In this document: positions 61,911 to 64,000 of the stretch, piece by piece
How positions within the stretch are numbered: the stretch's first letter is position 1
Layout: the number at the start of each line of letters is the position of its first letter
Source: Orbicella franksi
Lineage: Eukaryota
Length of the DNA stretch: 64,000 bases
Reading direction: 5' to 3'
Assembly: GCA_964199315.1 (NCBI GenBank)
Contig: OZ116708.1
Coordinates: forward strand, 24,924,001 to 24,988,000
Notes under the pieces: model-generated
What the model was told of the DNA's origin: nothing
The model's input: the letters and a program-made list of their open reading frames with translations, nothing else
The model's database searches: none
Translations under genes and position numbers: made by a program

Positions 61911-64000
61911 TAACTGAATATCCAAAGTCTGTGAATGAAATGATGCGAAGTTCAAAACATGCAATTAGCGTCCGTTTTTACAAAAGTGCGGACCTACAAT
62001 GTGTGTTTAAATAAACTACAAAACTATATCTGAGTCCAGTTGCCTCTTCGCTATTTTGCATGCCTTCTCAATAATTCCACACACGATTCTGATAGAATCA
62101 GTACTCATAACCTCGAGGAAGTTTCTCGTTATTATTATTTTTTTTTTGTGGGGGAGGGGGGGGGGGGAGCATTAGGGTAGGAAAAGATCAGTGGGGAAAT
62201 AATTCGAAAAAAAGGGCACCATGACGATTCCGTGGAGTTTCAAAATTATTGCTTTTTAGTAAATATTTAATTGATGAAGAGGCGATAAAATAGACTAAGC
62301 GTTGAATGCAAAGGTGGTGTAAAAAGTCCTTTTCGCTGTCTAGGTCCTCCCATAAATTTCCGTTCTTTTGTAAAACTCAGGCTCTGTGTACCTGTAGATC
62401 GCTTTTACCGAATTTCAATCAAAGGTAATAGCAAGAATTGAAAGAATACGCATGAGCAAACTTAATGATTATTCAACGTAAATAAATGTAAAATCGGCTA
62501 CTGTGTTATGAACAGTTATTTCGTGAAATAAAAAAAACAATTTACAAAGAAAGAACTATTTTTCTCACCTGATAATGTAAAGCCCGTAGTTTCTACTTCT
62601 GCAGAGATGTTTCCATACTGAGAGTCGTTTATAACGGAGGACATTTGATCCATTTCGTAATGTACAACAACCTCACAGCTTCTTGCTACGGTGATTATAA
62701 AAAAGCAAAGAAGTACATATGTATTTGAGTAATTGCTTCGCCCAGGAAAAAGTTCTTACAGTTTCAGTTATAAAGCACCACAGCTTACTCAGCTCCTAGA
62801 AACGTGTTAACGAAGAAAACAAGTATATCATTTTCGATGAAAAATTCGCAGTACGTTATCGGTCCGCTTGCGTCAGTTTGGATAGCAAAGATTGAAATGA
62901 ATACGAAGAATTCAAAGAAACAAACTAAACATAAGCGAAGTGACAAACAGGTGTTTGTTTTATCATTTTGCTTTTGTTCCGGCGACTATTATGCAGGACA
63001 AAGCTGCAAACCAATAATATCACCATTTGAAAGAGGTTCCTACACTAAATTGGCCTGCAAATAGAGTTGAAATGAGAGCCCTATTCACATTTTTTTTAAC
63101 AGTTTGGTTATTAAAAACCACAGAACTACATTCACAAGCTGTTTCTATAACAACGAATTCTTCTTATACAATATTAACTGTGCTTACTTTCCATAAACTA
63201 ATTAAAAAAGCAAGGCGAGAACGTTTTTAATTAAATTTGGCCATTAATTTTTGGTGTGGTATTTTTGTCCTCATGACAAATGAGATATCATTTGACATTT
63301 GATACCCATAAGTACATGATTTCCGAAGAAGATTAAAAAAGATCATTCTATCCTTGGAAATTAGTTTTTGCAGTTGGTTCATTATGATTTAGTTAATTCA
63401 GCCTGTGTAAATAAAAATGTGAAAACGCACCCTGAACCCCATAACTACGTCAGTGAAAATTGTCGCTCACAGTAAAACCATGACTTTACTTTCAAGAAAT
63501 TCTTTAACCAGTAAAAGTATTCACTGGTTTGCCTGACGTCAAAAAGGAAATCCAACACCTTTTCAAGATTTTTACTGATTTTCGTTAAAGCGTGCTCAAG
63601 GAGAAAACAAGACGAGAAATCACTGATTGTTTGTTTGATAAAAGTAAATGAACTCAAAAAGTTCAGTTGTTCTATTTTCACCTTTTCCTTTGAAAGAAAA
63701 AAAGAATATAACAACAATATTTCTTATTTTTATACTGTTAGGCCTTCCACAAACGAAAATTTCATATCACCTCCATTTAATTAACTACTTTAAATTTGAC
63801 GCGTTGGTCTAAAAAGTCAATATTTGTGAGGTGCCATAAAACATCATGTTTTATGGCACGGGAGATAATTAGGAAAAATATCAGCTGATGAAAACAAGGT
63901 GCACTGATGACAAGTAATTTGTTGCCATGGTCCTAAATGCATTCGTTGTTTAATTTTCGTCAATCAGTCAATCGGATGAAAAAATATATATGCTATGGTC

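Overview
Eukaryotic, AT-rich, intron-containing animal DNA. The repeat families and gene types look like a cnidarian, most likely a stony coral (inference from recalled repeat families, not a database result). Host genes reconstructed by splicing exons by hand: two tandem secreted PAN/Apple-pentraxin genes (+, 328 aa each), one SLC16/MCT-family MFS transporter (-, 451 aa) and two paralogous orphan class A GPCRs (-, 328 and about 323 aa). The first ~29 kb is a recent near-identical duplication (1-12845 vs 17502-28777). Its breakpoint lies in intron 3 of the pentraxin gene, so the two genes share exons 1-3 but carry different pentraxin domains. The duplicated block contains a long-TIR DNA transposon relic with an internal 1725-bp tandem array whose copy number differs between the two blocks. 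Other mobile elements: a full-length two-gene PIF/Harbinger whose transposase has one in-frame stop, an ORF-intact Crypton (tyrosine recombinase) nested in a MITE inside a GPCR intron, an internally deleted Tc1/mariner, tRNA-derived SINEs and many MITEs. There is no evidence for prokaryotic DNA, CRISPR, rRNA or real tRNA genes. All alignments and translations were done by eye.
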